A stretch of DNA of 59,007 nt, counting the filler, from Rhizaria sp. SCN 62-66 (taxonomy: Eukaryota), in NCBI GenBank assembly GCA_001724265.1. It is 5 parts of 5 records of this genome, joined end to end, with 100 filler letters (N's around TTAATTAATTAA, not from the genome) between each part and the next. Parts side by side here need not be neighbours in the genome. Positions count along the whole stretch, not along the records: positions 1 to 12,325 come from MEDY01000552.1; positions 12,426 to 24,079 come from MEDY01000554.1; 3 more parts are not named here. One strand, written 5' to 3'. The stretch's first letter is position 1, and each line of letters starts with the position of its first letter. A model generated the notes under the pieces. That model had not been told where the DNA came from. It saw only the letters and a program-made list of their open reading frames with translations, and made no database searches. The translations under genes and the position numbers were made by a program. Below are positions 1-13,593 of this stretch, one piece after another.

Positions 1-2
1 TC

Positions 3-980
3 AAGGCATCCCGTCTCAACAACCTCTCGCTCGAGTCCCCCATCCGCGAGGCGGCTGTGCTTCAGGTTGTCAACGTGGACCGCCACCCCAGCATTGTGAG
101 GTTTGTGCGTGCGGAACGCGTGTCGCAGACGTTCTACTGCGCGACCGAGTTTGTTGAGACGGGCGACTTGCTTGCCTTTATTACGTGCTCGGCCAAGAAG
201 ATGAGCATCGACATGATGCGCATGTTCCTCCCCATTTGCTACGCCTTAGACTACGCGCACAACAGGTTCTTCATCGCGCACCGGGACCTGAAGCCGGACA
301 ACATTCTCTACACGCCTAAGGGCGGCGTCAAGCTCGCCGACTTTGGCGTTGCGCGCGTCGTCGAGCCCGTCCTGGCCGCCGAGTCCCCCAAGAACGCCGC
401 GCTGCCGGGCTTCACCGAGCTCATGCGTCGCGTCGAAGATGGCAAGCGCGCCACCGAGGGCGCGGCGCTCCAGGACGGCAACGTGCTGACCGCTGCGCTC
501 CGCAAGTATCCGGCGTTGCCCGTGCCGGCCGAGGCGCTCGAACAGCTGCCGGTAGAGTAGCGCGGTGCCGCGCGGGTTGGCGACATGCTGAGCGCCAAAG
601 ACATCTCCGCGATGCTGCCCGACCTGAGCGCTGTGCATGTGCGGCCGATGAAGGGTGTCGTGGGCACGCTCAAATACATGGCACCCGAGGTGCTTAGGAA
701 CGAGCCATACAACCCGTTTGCAGCGGACATCTACTCGCTCGGCGTCACCTTCTTCATCATGGCCACCGGCTATGAGCCCTACAGTAGGGCCGAAATGCTC
801 GACCCTGCTTACAAACATTTGAGCAATCACGGTGCGCGTGGCCTAATTGCGGCCTACGATTTGGAGGGCACGGTACCCGAGGCCCTTGTTGAGCTGATCG
901 GGGACATGATGTCCTTTACCGAGAGCGCCCGTCCCTCGATCAAGCAGGTCATCGCGCGTCTGCATGGCATCGACGCGTAA
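3..980 (+). CDS. Ser/Thr protein kinase, 5'-truncated, with in-frame TAG at 558-560 inside a long activation-segment insert
   Basis: ORFs 57..560 and 585..980 share a frame and are separated only by TAG. HRDLKPDN and ADFG lie before the TAG; GTLKYMAPE, ADIYSLG and RPS lie after it. The frame is open from base 3 and ends at TAA. Confidence 0.9.
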
Positions 981-2010
981 TCGAAACTTTGCGGAATATG
1001 ATCAAATAGGACCAGTAAAGCCCAAATATCGGCGAATGTATTGTATGCTCACAAACATGCGTGTACGACGCCGTTGGTTGGGCATTTACTTCCTTGGCGT
1101 AATCCTATTATGGCGCTGCACCCAAATACCTTGTTTTACAAGGTGCTGGGCACGCGCGGTGCACACAACGACTTCAATGTTACTACTTGAAGTCACGGCT
1201 CCCCGCCTTTTCGGGGAGTTTATTCATGAATGTCGCCTTCACTGTGAGGAGACTGTTCATTGAATAAGCAGGCAAAAAAGGCAAAAAATGGGCGGAACAG
1301 ACCATTAGGACAACTGAAAAAGCCGCTCAGTTGTCATTGAGTGCAGACAGGCTTCATTATAGTTATGAGTCGTGTCACGCTCTCAGCGTAAATACTTGAC
1401 AAGAACAAAGCTACTCCTCGTATTATCCCGCATGGAAATGTGGGAGAAACACGCGTTTCATATCCTTCCGATAACCGCAAGAGCGGTTATGGCTCGATAA
1501 GAAACATGTTCTATGTCCTTTTTGAACCGTACATCAGTACAACTTACGATGAGACAACAGCCAACAAGCTGTTTCTCACGTGTTTCGTCAAAACCAACCA
1601 AAAATCAATGTCAATCAAAGATGAAGTTTAAGAATCATATTTGAATATTACGAAGTCACAACAAGACTCGTCAGTACAATTACCCAAAATTAAATATAAC
1701 CGAATACAACAGACCAAGATATTAGCCCAACTGACCCAAACACAATCGATACAATATCGCAGGAGTCAGTTCCAGTCGCCCATGGTTTAGTGAGATTACC
1801 CTTTGAATCCAGGAAACGTTAGTTTAGTCGCAGTTCGCTGCCACCCAAGTGTCCAGACAAAGCTGTCAGTAGACGCTCGTTCATAATGTCATATTTGTGC
1901 CGTAACTTCAATTAGATTAGAGACAAATTTAATGCTACAGAGTAATTATGTGCATAAGATACACTGATACAATTTGGTACCTGCTGGCCTTCACTTCTGA
2001 GCTCACAAAT

Positions 2011-5000
2011 ATGTCTTCATTCCTCCCTCGCATGTTTCGCGTCCCCAGCTTTCGAAGGGAGTCAGACCAGCTTCTGGACATCATGTCAACTCTGCCCACG
2101 CAAGGCACGCCTTGCAATCAGGCAGACGAAACTGATTCCACGGGTAATGCCGCGTTCTTGAACGTTGGACCACCATTGTCCTCCGCTCCTTCGCCTGCCC
2201 CGGTTTCGCACACCACTGTTCCACTGCCCGCAGTTGATTTTGTTCTCCCCAACGCCACTCTCTTTGCAAATGCGTTGCACCAGACTCTTGCCGAGCATAG
2301 CAAGGCCGAGAACAGGACCAACCCTGTCACCACTGCACCTCAGCTGCCGCCGCTGGCGCTGCCGTCCTTTGACGAACGCGCGGGGCTGTACTTGGCGCAC
2401 ATGCAAACTGCGGACCATCTCGAGATGCAAACGTCGTTACGTACAACACGCATTGCAGCAGAAGCCGCGTCCGGCGCTGCACTACCAAGTGAGCTTCTTC
2501 TGGCGCTGCAGCAATGCATTAGTCGCAGCGCTGCCGAAGCAAAGGCAGAGGAGACTGTCGCACCCGTTGGCGCTGGCGCAGTCAAAATGATCAGCGAAGA
2601 TGACTACTTTGCAGAGTCTAGTCTCGAGAACGGAGCTCAAGGCAAGAAGAAGTTTTCTGCCGCTTTGGCACCGTCACGCAGTGACGCGGATGTTCAAGCC
2701 ACCATTAACGCAGACAGTTTCAAGCACATGATTATGGCCTCTCGCGCCCACACAGATAGTCTGCATGCTCAATAGAACACGACGCAAGACACCAAGACTA
2801 AAGTTAACAAACCTGCTCTTGCAGCAGTTCCGGCCCACGTTAGCAAGAAGGCGAAGAAGGCTAGTCGTGCTAAGGCGCGGCTTGATGCTATCAAATCAAC
2901 CCCGAAAGATCATGGAGCTGCCCCGCTATGCCCAGTTACGCGCGTCCCGTTGCTGTCATGCCCGTCCCCTACCTGCGCCTGTGCATGGTTACCCTGCAAT
3001 GCGACTATCACCCTAACAGTCGCGGGTGATCATTCAACCATCTACGGCGCGCGCACGCGCGACACAGCGGCCACCACAGATCTCACTCCCAATGTGCAGA
3101 GCTTTCGTCGCGCAGAGAATGACGCTGACGGCAGTGACGTCGATGATGATGACTGCCTCGACACCAGGAGCAACTACAGCGGTGGCTGGGCTTGCACCCC
3201 AGGTTTGGGGATTGACGTCAACGCGGCTGCGCGCCGTGGCGCGTTCCCCGGTGCCGGTGAGTCGGGTCCGCCGTCCCGCAGTGCCACGCCCGTCGCCGGC
3301 GGAGTGTCGCGGTCCGCAGCCGCTTCGCCCGCGCCCGCGTTGCGTCGCGCCATGATGAACCTTCCAGAGCCTGCGGCAGCGCCCGCACCGGCGCCGCAGG
3401 GGCCGTCAATGGCAAAACAGTTTTCTTTACTGTCGGCTGCTGCTGCTGTTAACGCGCGGAAGACACCGCCTGCCTCCGCAACGCCCAAAATAACGCCTTT
3501 GCAGACGCCAACGCCTGTTTTGCCGCGGTCGCCGTCGATGGCCGAGAAGCTCGCCCTAATGTCCAAGAACAGCAAGCCTTCCACTCCCGTTGTGGCAACG
3601 CCGCCGCTGTCGCAGAAGCCTAAAGAGACGTTCCCCGAGTTGTCGTCCATTGTATCGTCGAAGAGCGGCGCTGCAAGCCCGGCGGGCCGCTCGGTTCCCT
3701 CATCGCCTACACTGCCGCCTCGCTCGTATACAACCACTCCAACCGGACAGGTTACGCGTGTCTCTGCGACTACGACCAAGACGGCGGTTGCACAGCCGGC
3801 GTTTCCCACGCTCGCAAGTGCAGCGCCTGCGATTCCGCGGGCAACGACGCCGGTTGCTCGGCCTGGTTTGGCTGCTGTGTCGATGCCCGCGCCGACTGCA
3901 ATCTCGCTGCCGTTACCTGTCGCCGTTTCTACGCCTGCTCCTGTCGCTGTGTCGATGCCTGCGCCTGTCGCCGTCTCTAAGGGAGCGCCCGTTGCCGTAT
4001 CTAAGACCTCAGCTGCTGCACTGCTTACCAGTACGTCTTGCCCGCCGTCGCCTCGCACCATGTCCCCCGCTCCTGCTGCTGCTCTGAAGCCAATGACACC
4101 AGTGAAGGATGTGACACTGACGCCAACTACGCTCCGCCTTTCTCGCGACAGTTTCAGGCGGAGCGATCTCCCGATCGACCTGATTGGCGCGTCGTCAGAG
4201 CCTCTGGCCGGCCGCGTTGTCTGGCTCTCGCTGCCGCTTGCCACTGCTGGAGGCGGCTGGGAAGAGACAATCTCGCGGGTCTACGCTGGCAATAAGGATC
4301 CCAGCGCGGTTGACTCTTGCGAACGCGCTCTTGACGCAGTCACTTCACTGGCGCTGCCCGCAATGCCGCCGCCGTACCCTGCGGTCACTGGTTCGCGCCC
4401 CACTGTCAACGCATTCTGGAGTCGCCTTTAGCGGAGTGCGCACTGCAACAACATGAGCGCCAGTGGCGACTCGGCCTCTATCGTTTCTGTAAACGCGGAC
4501 GCTGACGCCGTGGCTTGGACCTCCACCGACGCCTACGCTGCCATCGCTGCCAGTCCTGCAACGGAGACTTCTCCCAATCTACCTCCTGCGCAGAGCGCGA
4601 ACGGTGCACCACGTTTGTCGGCGCAGTGCGGCTGCAGCACGGCGAGCTGCTCGTGGAACCCCTTTGCACAGCCGCAGACTCAGAACAGCGGCTGCAGCAC
4701 TGTGTTGCACTCTGCAGGCATTTGTGCGCCGCTTAAGTTACCGCCGCAGTATGCGTGTCCGCCGCCGCTTCCGTGGGCGCCGCTTGAAGGCACTATTACC
4801 AATTCCAAGGTTGACAACGGCACTGGCAAGCTTACGCTTACGATTGCCGTTACTGCCCCGAATGCATACCTCCGCGCGCTCAGCGTTGCGGCATCAAAGA
4901 AGCCGACATCTACGACCAAGAATGAACTTACGCAGCTCAGTCTTGCCCGCGCATCTTTTGTTGGACATAATATCAACAGTACTGTCACTATGCCAGACGG

Positions 5001-8000
5001 TGCTACGCCGGTTACAACGTGTTCTGCGTTGTGCGCTCACTGCGCGCACCTGTCTGTAATGTGGACTGCGGCGATGGGCACTACAATGGCCGCGCCTTTG
5101 GTTCCTGGTGACAAGGCTGCAATTGAAGCGATTAAGTCTGCTAATGCAGACGTCCCCTTTGCTCCGTGGACGCTAGGCTCTGGGCTTTTGGTTGAGTTTG
5201 GTGCGTCTACCAGTGTTTCCAATCGTGTTCGCGCCGCGCTGAGCGCGCTTCAGCCCACTGGTGATAACACCGTTGAGACTCTTGGTCGCGGCAATGCCGC
5301 GGCAGGAGATAGCAAGAAGCACCAGAGCGGCGACGTTGCGAGTGCAGTGGCGGCAACTCTGGCAAGCATTAGTGCAACTACCGAGGTTGGCGGTCCAGCA
5401 ACAGACTTGGCTCTCGACGTTGCGCTTGCCACTTCTAGCCACAGTCTTGCTGCGCCAGTGTCGCCACATGATAAAACGCCGTTCCACGCTGCAATTGAGT
5501 CTTGGAGTGAGAAATCTAACTCCCAGTCCGACAAGAAAAGCAAGAACAACAACATGTTTTTCAATGCGTTTACCGCAATTCTTTCCGCTCTCGCTGGTTT
5601 TACGCCTTTGGCGCAGATATCGGAGCAGGATAACAACGAGACCGTGCTGAGCGTAATTGAGCTGGTCCAACAGCCGTGGCTATGCATCTGGCCTGTGGCG
5701 CGCCGTGCTGCGTTTAAGCTGCTGCTTGAGCCTGCGCTGCGCACGGTCTTGCCGCCGCTGTTGCGTGCAGTTGCAGAGCGTCTGCGTGGGATTGAAACTA
5801 CAGCTGGAAATGCGGCATCGATCAGCACAGACATGCTGTCGCTTTTGCCCGCCGACGTGGCGACTGTAGGCAAGGCTGCTGCGCTGGCTGTAATGCATGC
5901 TCTTACAGAAGCTACGCTTAAGTGCCTTAAGGGCGGTGTCATCGGCCGCACTGTGGTGACAGTCCCACTTAGTCTCAGCACATTGCCCTCAGTGCGCAGC
6001 GGTGCCAAGAGCATCAACAAGACTTATAACGACGTGTTCTCTTTCTCTTTTACGTTGTCGGGGCTTGGGACGCTAATGCGCGCGACCGCAGCCGTTTGTA
6101 CGCCCAACAGCACTGCAAACTGTGCTGATGACATGGGCGTGTTTTTTGCGCTGCTGCGGTGCGTATTCCCCCCGCAAATGCAGCTTACTCTCGACGGATC
6201 AAGCACTAACTGGACTAGTATCTTTTTGGGCATTAACTCGCCGATGGGTCTGAGCAAATCTGGCATGCAAGCGCCCGACTTTGCGCTGTCTAAGGCGCTT
6301 TACAGCTCACTTGTTGAGCTTCAGCGCGAGTCGGGCACTTCAGTGCCGCCTCCGCCCGCGCTTGCTCCCTCAGCCACCGCAATTGCTTTAGAAGACAACA
6401 GTAATGAGAACACGATTGCGAAGGTGACCGCTAAGGCAATGACTGACATGTGGATTCCTTATTTTAACGCTCTCGGTCTCAACCCTTCGCAGCGCACCGC
6501 AGTGAGCAACGTTCTCGCTGAGCCGCAGCTTACAGCCGCCTCGCTTTCCGCTGCCGTGGAAGGCGTAACTGACGATGAAACTGCGGATCTCATGCGCGCG
6601 CCCTCGCTTAACGTAATTCAAGGCCCGCCCGGCACTGGCAAAACGCAGACTATCTCGGCCGCAGTGTGGCTTTGGATCCGCGCCGCACGTCTGCGCGCAC
6701 CTGTCTGCGGTCCCGATGGGCGTGCACGTGTTGCGCCCACGCGCGTGCTTATCTCGGCGTATTCGAACGCTGCGGTTGATCTGCTTACGGACCGCGTGCG
6801 CATTGTTGCCGCCAAGGCCGACGCTGCAGTGCGTGAGGAGATGGCGGCACACGCGACCAAGGCGCTTGCGGCAGTCGCAGAGGTGGGGGCTACGGATGCT
6901 ACTGGTGGGGCTCATGGCGCTGGCACGCCACTGTCGCTGGTGTTTCCTTCTCCAGAGTTGGAGCTGGCGCCACTGCGTGTAGTGCGCGTTGGCAAGCGGT
7001 TGAACAAGTACAATGCCGTGTACCCGTGGCCCTTCTGGCTCCGCACTTCATCTGTAATCACCGACGCACACACGCTCACTGGCGGGCTTCCGGGCAAGAA
7101 CGCGCTCGGATTTGTGACTTTGCGGCGTGTGGCAGATCTCTGCGAGAAGTACTTGCTAAACGAGGCTCGAGCGAGCAAGAATGCGCACAAATTTTTGAAC
7201 TCAGCGCTGCATGTGTATACCAAGAACGGTGTGTACAAATCTGCGCAACACGTGCTTTCGCCGGCCATAATTGAGGCGCATCTTTGGGAGACATCTCGTG
7301 CGGCAACAACACAAGGTGAGCTTGCACTGTTGTCGACCTCTATCGAGCTGCAGGTTATCAATTGTCACGACATTGGCGCGGAGTACCGTGCAGTGCTGCT
7401 GACAATCCACTGCGCGCGCAAGGCTGCACAAGAGGCTGTCAAGGCTGCCGTGGCCGGCAAAGAGAACTATGCTTTACTGCGTAACACTCTGAAAAGCATG
7501 AACATGAAGGGTGGAGAGAGGATGCTTGCGAATCACTTGTTAGACATTTATGGCTATACTGAGAACAATGGGCCGTGGAGCACAGGTGACCCAGCAATGT
7601 TTCACCATTGGGACGCCGTAAGCCAAGCCGTGTTCACCCCTTCCGACTGGTTGCCGCTACCTGTCATTGCTGCGGTGCTAGGTCAGCTCAGCGTCAGCTT
7701 TGGCCGCAACTCCGCCTAGTCCGCAGCGCCTGTCGGCTCAACATTTGTGCGCCTGCCTCAAATCCCCTGCGATGATTGGCAGGGTCTTCCCAAAAACGTT
7801 TCGAGTCGTTTCGTGTGGGCCTTGGTACTGTTCCAGCTTGTTGACAATATTCAACACAACTTAGTCCTCTGCGGCAAAGTTTTCGACTACACCAAGTTAC
7901 AAAAAGCACTTCTGCAGTCAGCCGATATCATTTCCGCAACATGTGTTGGCAGTACACAGCCAAACATCCGTCGAGGCCGCCCTGCGGCACGTCAGGCTGC

Positions 8001-10557
8001 TCTTAACGCCGCTTGCAATACGCAACAACTTGCGATTCTTGCAGCGCAAGAGCCTGTTCCGCGCAGTGTTGCCGCCCAAGCGCAGCTCGCGCGGCGCAAG
8101 GCTGCGCTGTCACTCGCGCAGGACCTTTGTGGAAGCGAGAGCGGTGATGCTGACAACTTTGACGATGGAAACGCGAGTTTCGATGAGCGTAGCGACGATG
8201 ACAACAGTGACTCGGACAGCGATAGGAGCGAGACAAAAATTCCACATCAGCACGACTTTTCGCTTGTGATTGTTGACGAAGCGTCTCAGGCGCCGGAGCG
8301 CGCGGCGCTGCTGCCGCTTGCCACAATGGCCAAAGTAAAGCGCATGAATAAGCACGCACTGCCGCGCGCAGTGTTAAAGCTCGAAGTCAAGGCGGCGCGG
8401 GACGCGCTTCAAACCGCGCAGAAGAAGTTGGATGATGCCGAAAAGCCTGCAGACTCTACAAGTGCTGTTCCTCAAAGCGCCGAGGTTGACTTGGCTGAAC
8501 AGCGTTTAAACAATGCTGTTGACAAGCTTGCTGCTTACATTAACAGTGTTGTTGCTGAAGCTAAAGCCGAGCGTAACGCTATGGAAAATGAGAGCGATGA
8601 AACCGTTGTTGAGAGCGCTGACTTCAAGCCTGAACGTGCCGAAAAGTGCGCTGATACGGTGCCTGACACGGGTGATATTACTGCAGATGTTCTGATTGTT
8701 ACAGGTTCCGAGTGTGATAATTTATCTGAAGGCAGCCAATGCGATGATGCCGCTGGCACCGGCAGAGTGGATGGCTCTGACTACGACGATGAAGACGATT
8801 ACGATGACGACGAAGAGAACAAAGACAGTGAGTACTCAGACGCGTCTGACGAGTCCGAGTTCGAGTTTTTTCCGATGGGCATGGAGGATTACACGGATGC
8901 CGGTCACCACCGCGACGGCAGCGAATATGACAGCGACAGCGACTATAACGACGACTACTACGACGATCTCGATGACAACGAAGATTATGACGCAGCCATG
9001 CTTAACGAAGAGGAAGTCGCAGAGCTGGCAACATTTGTCTCTGTTACTGAAGATGCCGACAAACTTCTTGACGCAGAGCCCAAAGACATCGTGCGTTACG
9101 ACCGAATTGTCGCAACTGAGGAGGGCGGACTTGCCAGCGACGAGTCGCTGTTTACGGATCCCCAGACGATTGCAAAGCTCTGCATGTGGGGCGCGCCGGG
9201 TGTTGGCGCCACAACGCGCGCTGCGTTTGTCGGTGATCACTGCCAGCTGCCGCCCATGGCGGGCGCGGGCTCCGGGGAAGTTGGTATGTTGCTGGGTACG
9301 GACTCGCCGATGTTTGCCCGTCTTGCATGTGCGCCTGCTATGCTTGCCAAGGGCAAAGCTCGGTTGGAGAGCAAGAACGCACGCACTGGCACCGCTACCG
9401 CAACGTCGGGGAGCAGCCTGCGTCTGTTTGTGCCGACTGGTTGCATGCTGCTGCAGCAGCACCGCATGCACTCGACTCTTGCACAGTGGCCGTCGAAGAC
9501 GTTCTACAGCGGCGCACTGACCACGCCGCACTTCATTGACCCGCAGCGCCCGCCTGTGCGTGGCTTTGTCTGGCCCTCTGCTATCCCCGCACCGGCTGCA
9601 TTGCTGCCGATTGTGCCGCCGCACGGGCACGTTCCTGCTCTGCTGATCGACACAAGCGGCGATTTCAGGCTGCCGAAGACGGCGGCGACTGTGGCATTGC
9701 GTGACTGGCTGAGTAAAGATGCTAATGTCATCACAATTAGTGGCGGCACTTACCGGAGCGCTGCGGTTCAGCATCGCGGCAGCTGGGTCAACACACCCGA
9801 GGCGGCACTGGCTGTATTGCTTTCGACACACGCTGTTCTGACGCAAAAGCGCGCGCTGCCGCGCAGTACAGACGCTTCTGTTGCTGTGGACCGGCTCAAG
9901 TCACTCTTGAGCCGCGGCTCAAAGCGCGCTGTGAATAAGTGCAACGCCAATGCGACTGTTGAGGTTGATGATCTGCCCCTAAGTGTCGGCATTGTCACCC
10001 CGTACGGACAGCAGCGTAATGTCGTGCAGCAAATGCTGCGTATGCTCAACATGAACGATGAGATGCGCACTGCGATGGAACAAGCGCTCGCCGGTACCGC
10101 GGAGACTGACTGTGCGCTTGACAAGGCGATTGAGGTCAACTCAGTCGATGGTTACCAAGGCCATGAGAAGGACTTGATGATCATGTCGCTTGTGCGCTCC
10201 AGGCAGCCCACCATCGGCTTCGTTAAGGACCGCCGTCGCATGAACGTACGTCAACATATCTTGACTGATTGGAATATTTCAACATCTATAATTAATTGTG
10301 CATTTTATCAACTTGGTTTATTGCACGACTCACATGCATTCTTTTTCTTCTTTCTGTCGAACTGATTTTAGGTGGGGCTCACACGTGCGCGCCGCGGGCT
10401 CATCATCCTGTGCGACTGCTCTACGTTTGCGCCAAGGCGCAACTCAGAGGAAGAGTGCGTTATCGACCGCACTGGTGAGTGGTCATCATATGTTCGGTAT
10501 ATGCGGGCGCAGGGCTTAGTGTTCCCCGCCGAAGCCCTCTACACTCTTTTACAGTGA
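2011..10557 (+). CDS. UPF1/DNA2/NAM7-like superfamily 1 helicase, about 2800 aa; exons 2011-10245 and 10372-10557; in-frame TAG at 2773, 4429 and 7717
   Basis: Four same-frame ORFs are separated only by single TAGs. Motifs in order: LNPSQ, IQGPPGTGKT, AYSNAAVD, VVRVG, [TAG 7717], ADIISATCVG, VIVDEASQ, VGDHCQLPP, HRMH, VTPYGQQ, SVDGYQGHEKD, and RRMN|VGLTRAR rebuilt by splicing. Ends at TGA. Inclusion of the N-terminal low-complexity part (2011-4452) depends on TAG being sense. Confidence 0.85.
10246..10371 (+). other. Spliceosomal intron (126 nt, GTACGT...TTTTAG) within helicase motif VI
   Basis: AT-rich with a pyrimidine tract; removal restores RRMNVGLTRAR. Confidence 0.93.
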
Positions 10558-12326
10558 ACACACTGTGTTACAGCGCAAGCTTCGCGCTGACGTTTATTTT
10601 TACTCTTTAAGAACAGAAAAAGAGTTTCAGAAGTATTTAATACCAATCTAACCTCATGATCTAATGTCATAACGGTATCGCATCGAACACGTATATTACC
10701 TTTCAAGCACACATGATTGTGTTGCGTTACATTTATAATGTGTTACCACAAAGCACATACGCTTGCTTTGTTTTGATTGAAATAAAAAACACTCACAACA
10801 TGTCCCTGTAATGGTTCAATGGTTCCGCGCAAACAACTCTGCCGCGGCTGCTTAACATTTGCACATGCGTAGGCTGACCATGTTGCAATTGTTACACATC
10901 ATGATGCGACTTGCACTTGCTGTAGTGACTGATGGTAAGATCAGATACGCAATCACAATACATTGCGGCGATATTTTTGCATATATTTAACCATTGCAAA
11001 GTCTCGCGTTTTTCCGTGATGTTTAGTGCGCATAACCACTCGATAATCATTTTTAGCCACACATGTTTTTTTGTGACACGTCGTTTGCTCGAAACAAGAT
11101 GAAGCAAATCCTCTGAGTTCTCTGTAGTTCAAACCGACATACGTGATTGTATTATAGTTTTAACAAAGTCATACGTTCGAGATGTGATTGATATATTCGT
11201 TGAATGCTAGTGGACGCTCTAAAATCTCAAGGACGTTTCTACGCTTCATACTAAGCTCGCGCGCACACTTTTCAACTTGTTGACGTCTCATCCGCTGTCC
11301 AATTCAGATACAAAGACAGTGTTGTAGACATTCCGCTTCACGTGAGCACACACCGAATGTCTTACGCTTTACTTGCAGACTTTCACACCGCTCTTGCGGA
11401 TGCGATATCGACGTCACCCAGACTTGATGCGTTGAACGCACTTAAAACCACGCTGCAGGACACGGAGCGTTCGTTGAGGCTCTGATCGCGACCGCGACGT
11501 CGGTTTAATCTGCACTGTCACGCGCTCTTATGATGAGTGACATGACAATGACGACGTTGTTTAAGACCTGGATTCACCAGCGACTCATCCGTGTCACTTA
11601 CACGATTTACAAAACAAGATTGCATGTAGATGTCGTTACGTCTGTGAATGCTGTGGCAATTGCGTTCAGCTCTATGTTTGTTACATGCGTATCATAAGGG
11701 TCTTTTTGTTACGCAGAGCGACTGTAAACGAGATATGCACGTTATGAAACGCGTTTTATCAAAAATAACCACAATTTGGCCGAATAAAGCTGTCTTATAT
11801 ACTATATCGAGCTCTTAAATGAGTCGACGCTTATACAACATACGATCCACATAGTATTTGAACTCCAACAACAAACCCTTGACATTGGTTTGTGGTCGAG
11901 TGGCCACACTAGCGAGCCCGCAGCTCAGTGCTTGGTCCTGGGAGGCAACCTCGCAACCTGGCCCAGACCATTGATTCAACGCCGTAGAGAATATAATTGC
12001 ACCATAGCCTAGGAACGCGTCTTTAGTATTTGTAATTTTAATCTTGGTGGTATATCTTGTCGCTTAACGCGAACTGTAGCTCGTCCATCTTAGTCGAGCT
12101 CGCGAATGAGCTTGACGCCAGCCCTTCCACACCAGCATCTATATCTCACATCAGTAGCGTGAAACACGAAATTAGAGCATATTTTCATATTTTTCAAGCA
12201 TCAATAACATCAAACCTTCTTTATTTTTTCTATTTCCTGTAGCTTTCTTACCTCTTCTCAAACAAGTAATCAGGCCCCACTCGCAACAGAGCACCCTTCC
12301 TTCAGCCCCCGTGATCCCCCCCCCCN

Positions 12327-12425
12327 NNNNNNNNNNNNNNNNNNNNNNNNNNNNNNNNNNNNNNNNNNNTTAATTAATTAANNNNNNNNNNNNNNNNNNN
12401 NNNNNNNNNNNNNNNNNNNNNNNNN
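12327..12425. other. Artificial contig spacer (Ns with TTAATTAATTAA at 12370-12381)
   Basis: The same stop-in-all-six-frames linker occurs in four gaps of about 100 nt. Confidence 0.95.
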
Positions 12426-13041
12426 GGTGAGGCGCTTGCGGAGGTGCTCGTTGATCGAGTTGCGCTTGAAGCAGCGGCGGGCACGGGAGTGGACCATGCC
12501 GATGAACTCCTTCTCGGTGAGGTCGATCATCTTCTCGGCCTCGACACCGCGGAAGAAGTACTGACGGAAAGGCTTCTTGGACTCAGACTGTAGTGGCAGC
12601 AACGGAAAGCAAAGCAAGAGAGAACAAATCAAGCACGAGGGCGTTTAATGACGTGGCATTGGAGGCGGGGGGCATCAAAGCGCAAGCGGACGGACGGGAG
12701 AATCGAGAGTGAGAGCGAGCACAGTCGAGTAGTGGCGGGAAGGGAAACAGAAAAGAGAAACGAAATGGGTAAGAGAGGGGTCGGGGGAAGGCCAGGAGAA
12801 CAGTGGGCGGAAGGATAATGTCTCATAATACACGGTGGCGGGTGCTATGCGCTGAAATGCGCCAAGCGGGGCGTGTGCGGTCGGTGCAAAAGGTCGGCAG
12901 AGGGGCGCTCCGGTTAGAGCGGTCTCGAGCGACTTTGCCAACGTCCTGTCCTCGGCCAGATAAGCACAGTAGAAAATGTAGACATGATAGAAAGCGAGAA
13001 TAGTGGGCGGCCAAGCACCAAAACAAGCGGCGACGTACCAT
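12426..13041 (-). CDS. RPS15: 40S ribosomal protein S15 (uS19), 3'-truncated by gap; ATG-only first coding exon 13041-13039, intron 13038-12588
   Basis: Splicing ATG|GTACGT...CTACAG|TCT gives MSESKKPFRQYFFRGVEAEKMIDL...HSRARRCFKR, matching the eukaryotic S15 N-terminal pattern (FRxFxYRGV...RARR). Confidence 0.85.
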
Positions 13042-13593
13042 ATTGAATCAGCTCGTCTACAAACAGAGGAATCAACAAGGTCAGCTGCGGCAACATGACT
13101 CCCCCGAGGACCCAGTGCCCAGAGCCCAGCTCCGCCCGAAGGAACTAAGGGCCAGCGCACCCCTTACAGCTCACGGTCACTTTCACCTGCCAACCCTGTT
13201 TTATCTCCCCCCTACTTTCTATATTTTGCATTTAGGAATTATTTTTTGGTTATGAAATCATTGATGTATCAAAATAATCTCTCACTGATGTTAAAACCTA
13301 TTGAGTGTGATTAATGCTTTGGTATCCTTAATAATAAGTCGTGCTCACGGTCACTTCGACTGGGTAGACTGGTCTATTGTCTGAGGAGTAACAAAAAAAC
13401 AGCATTTGCGAGTTGAAATAGAAGCAGGTGATGACTAAACTAGAGTAGAAGAGTATCCAACAAAACATGTATTCAAAATTCTAGAAAATCGCGTCTCAAA
13501 ATAGTTCACACCAACCAGAAGTTCCTTCCTTAAGACAAAAGCGCCCGATTGTTCATTCTGACAAAACAACAATAGCAACATCAACATCAACAT

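Noticed and set aside
552-4431. TAGs as 3' ends of tiny in-frame introns
   Set aside because: Nearest GT..TAG spans are 9, 17 and 11 nt: inconsistent, mostly frame-breaking and without pyrimidine tracts. The inferred introns here are 124-451 nt.
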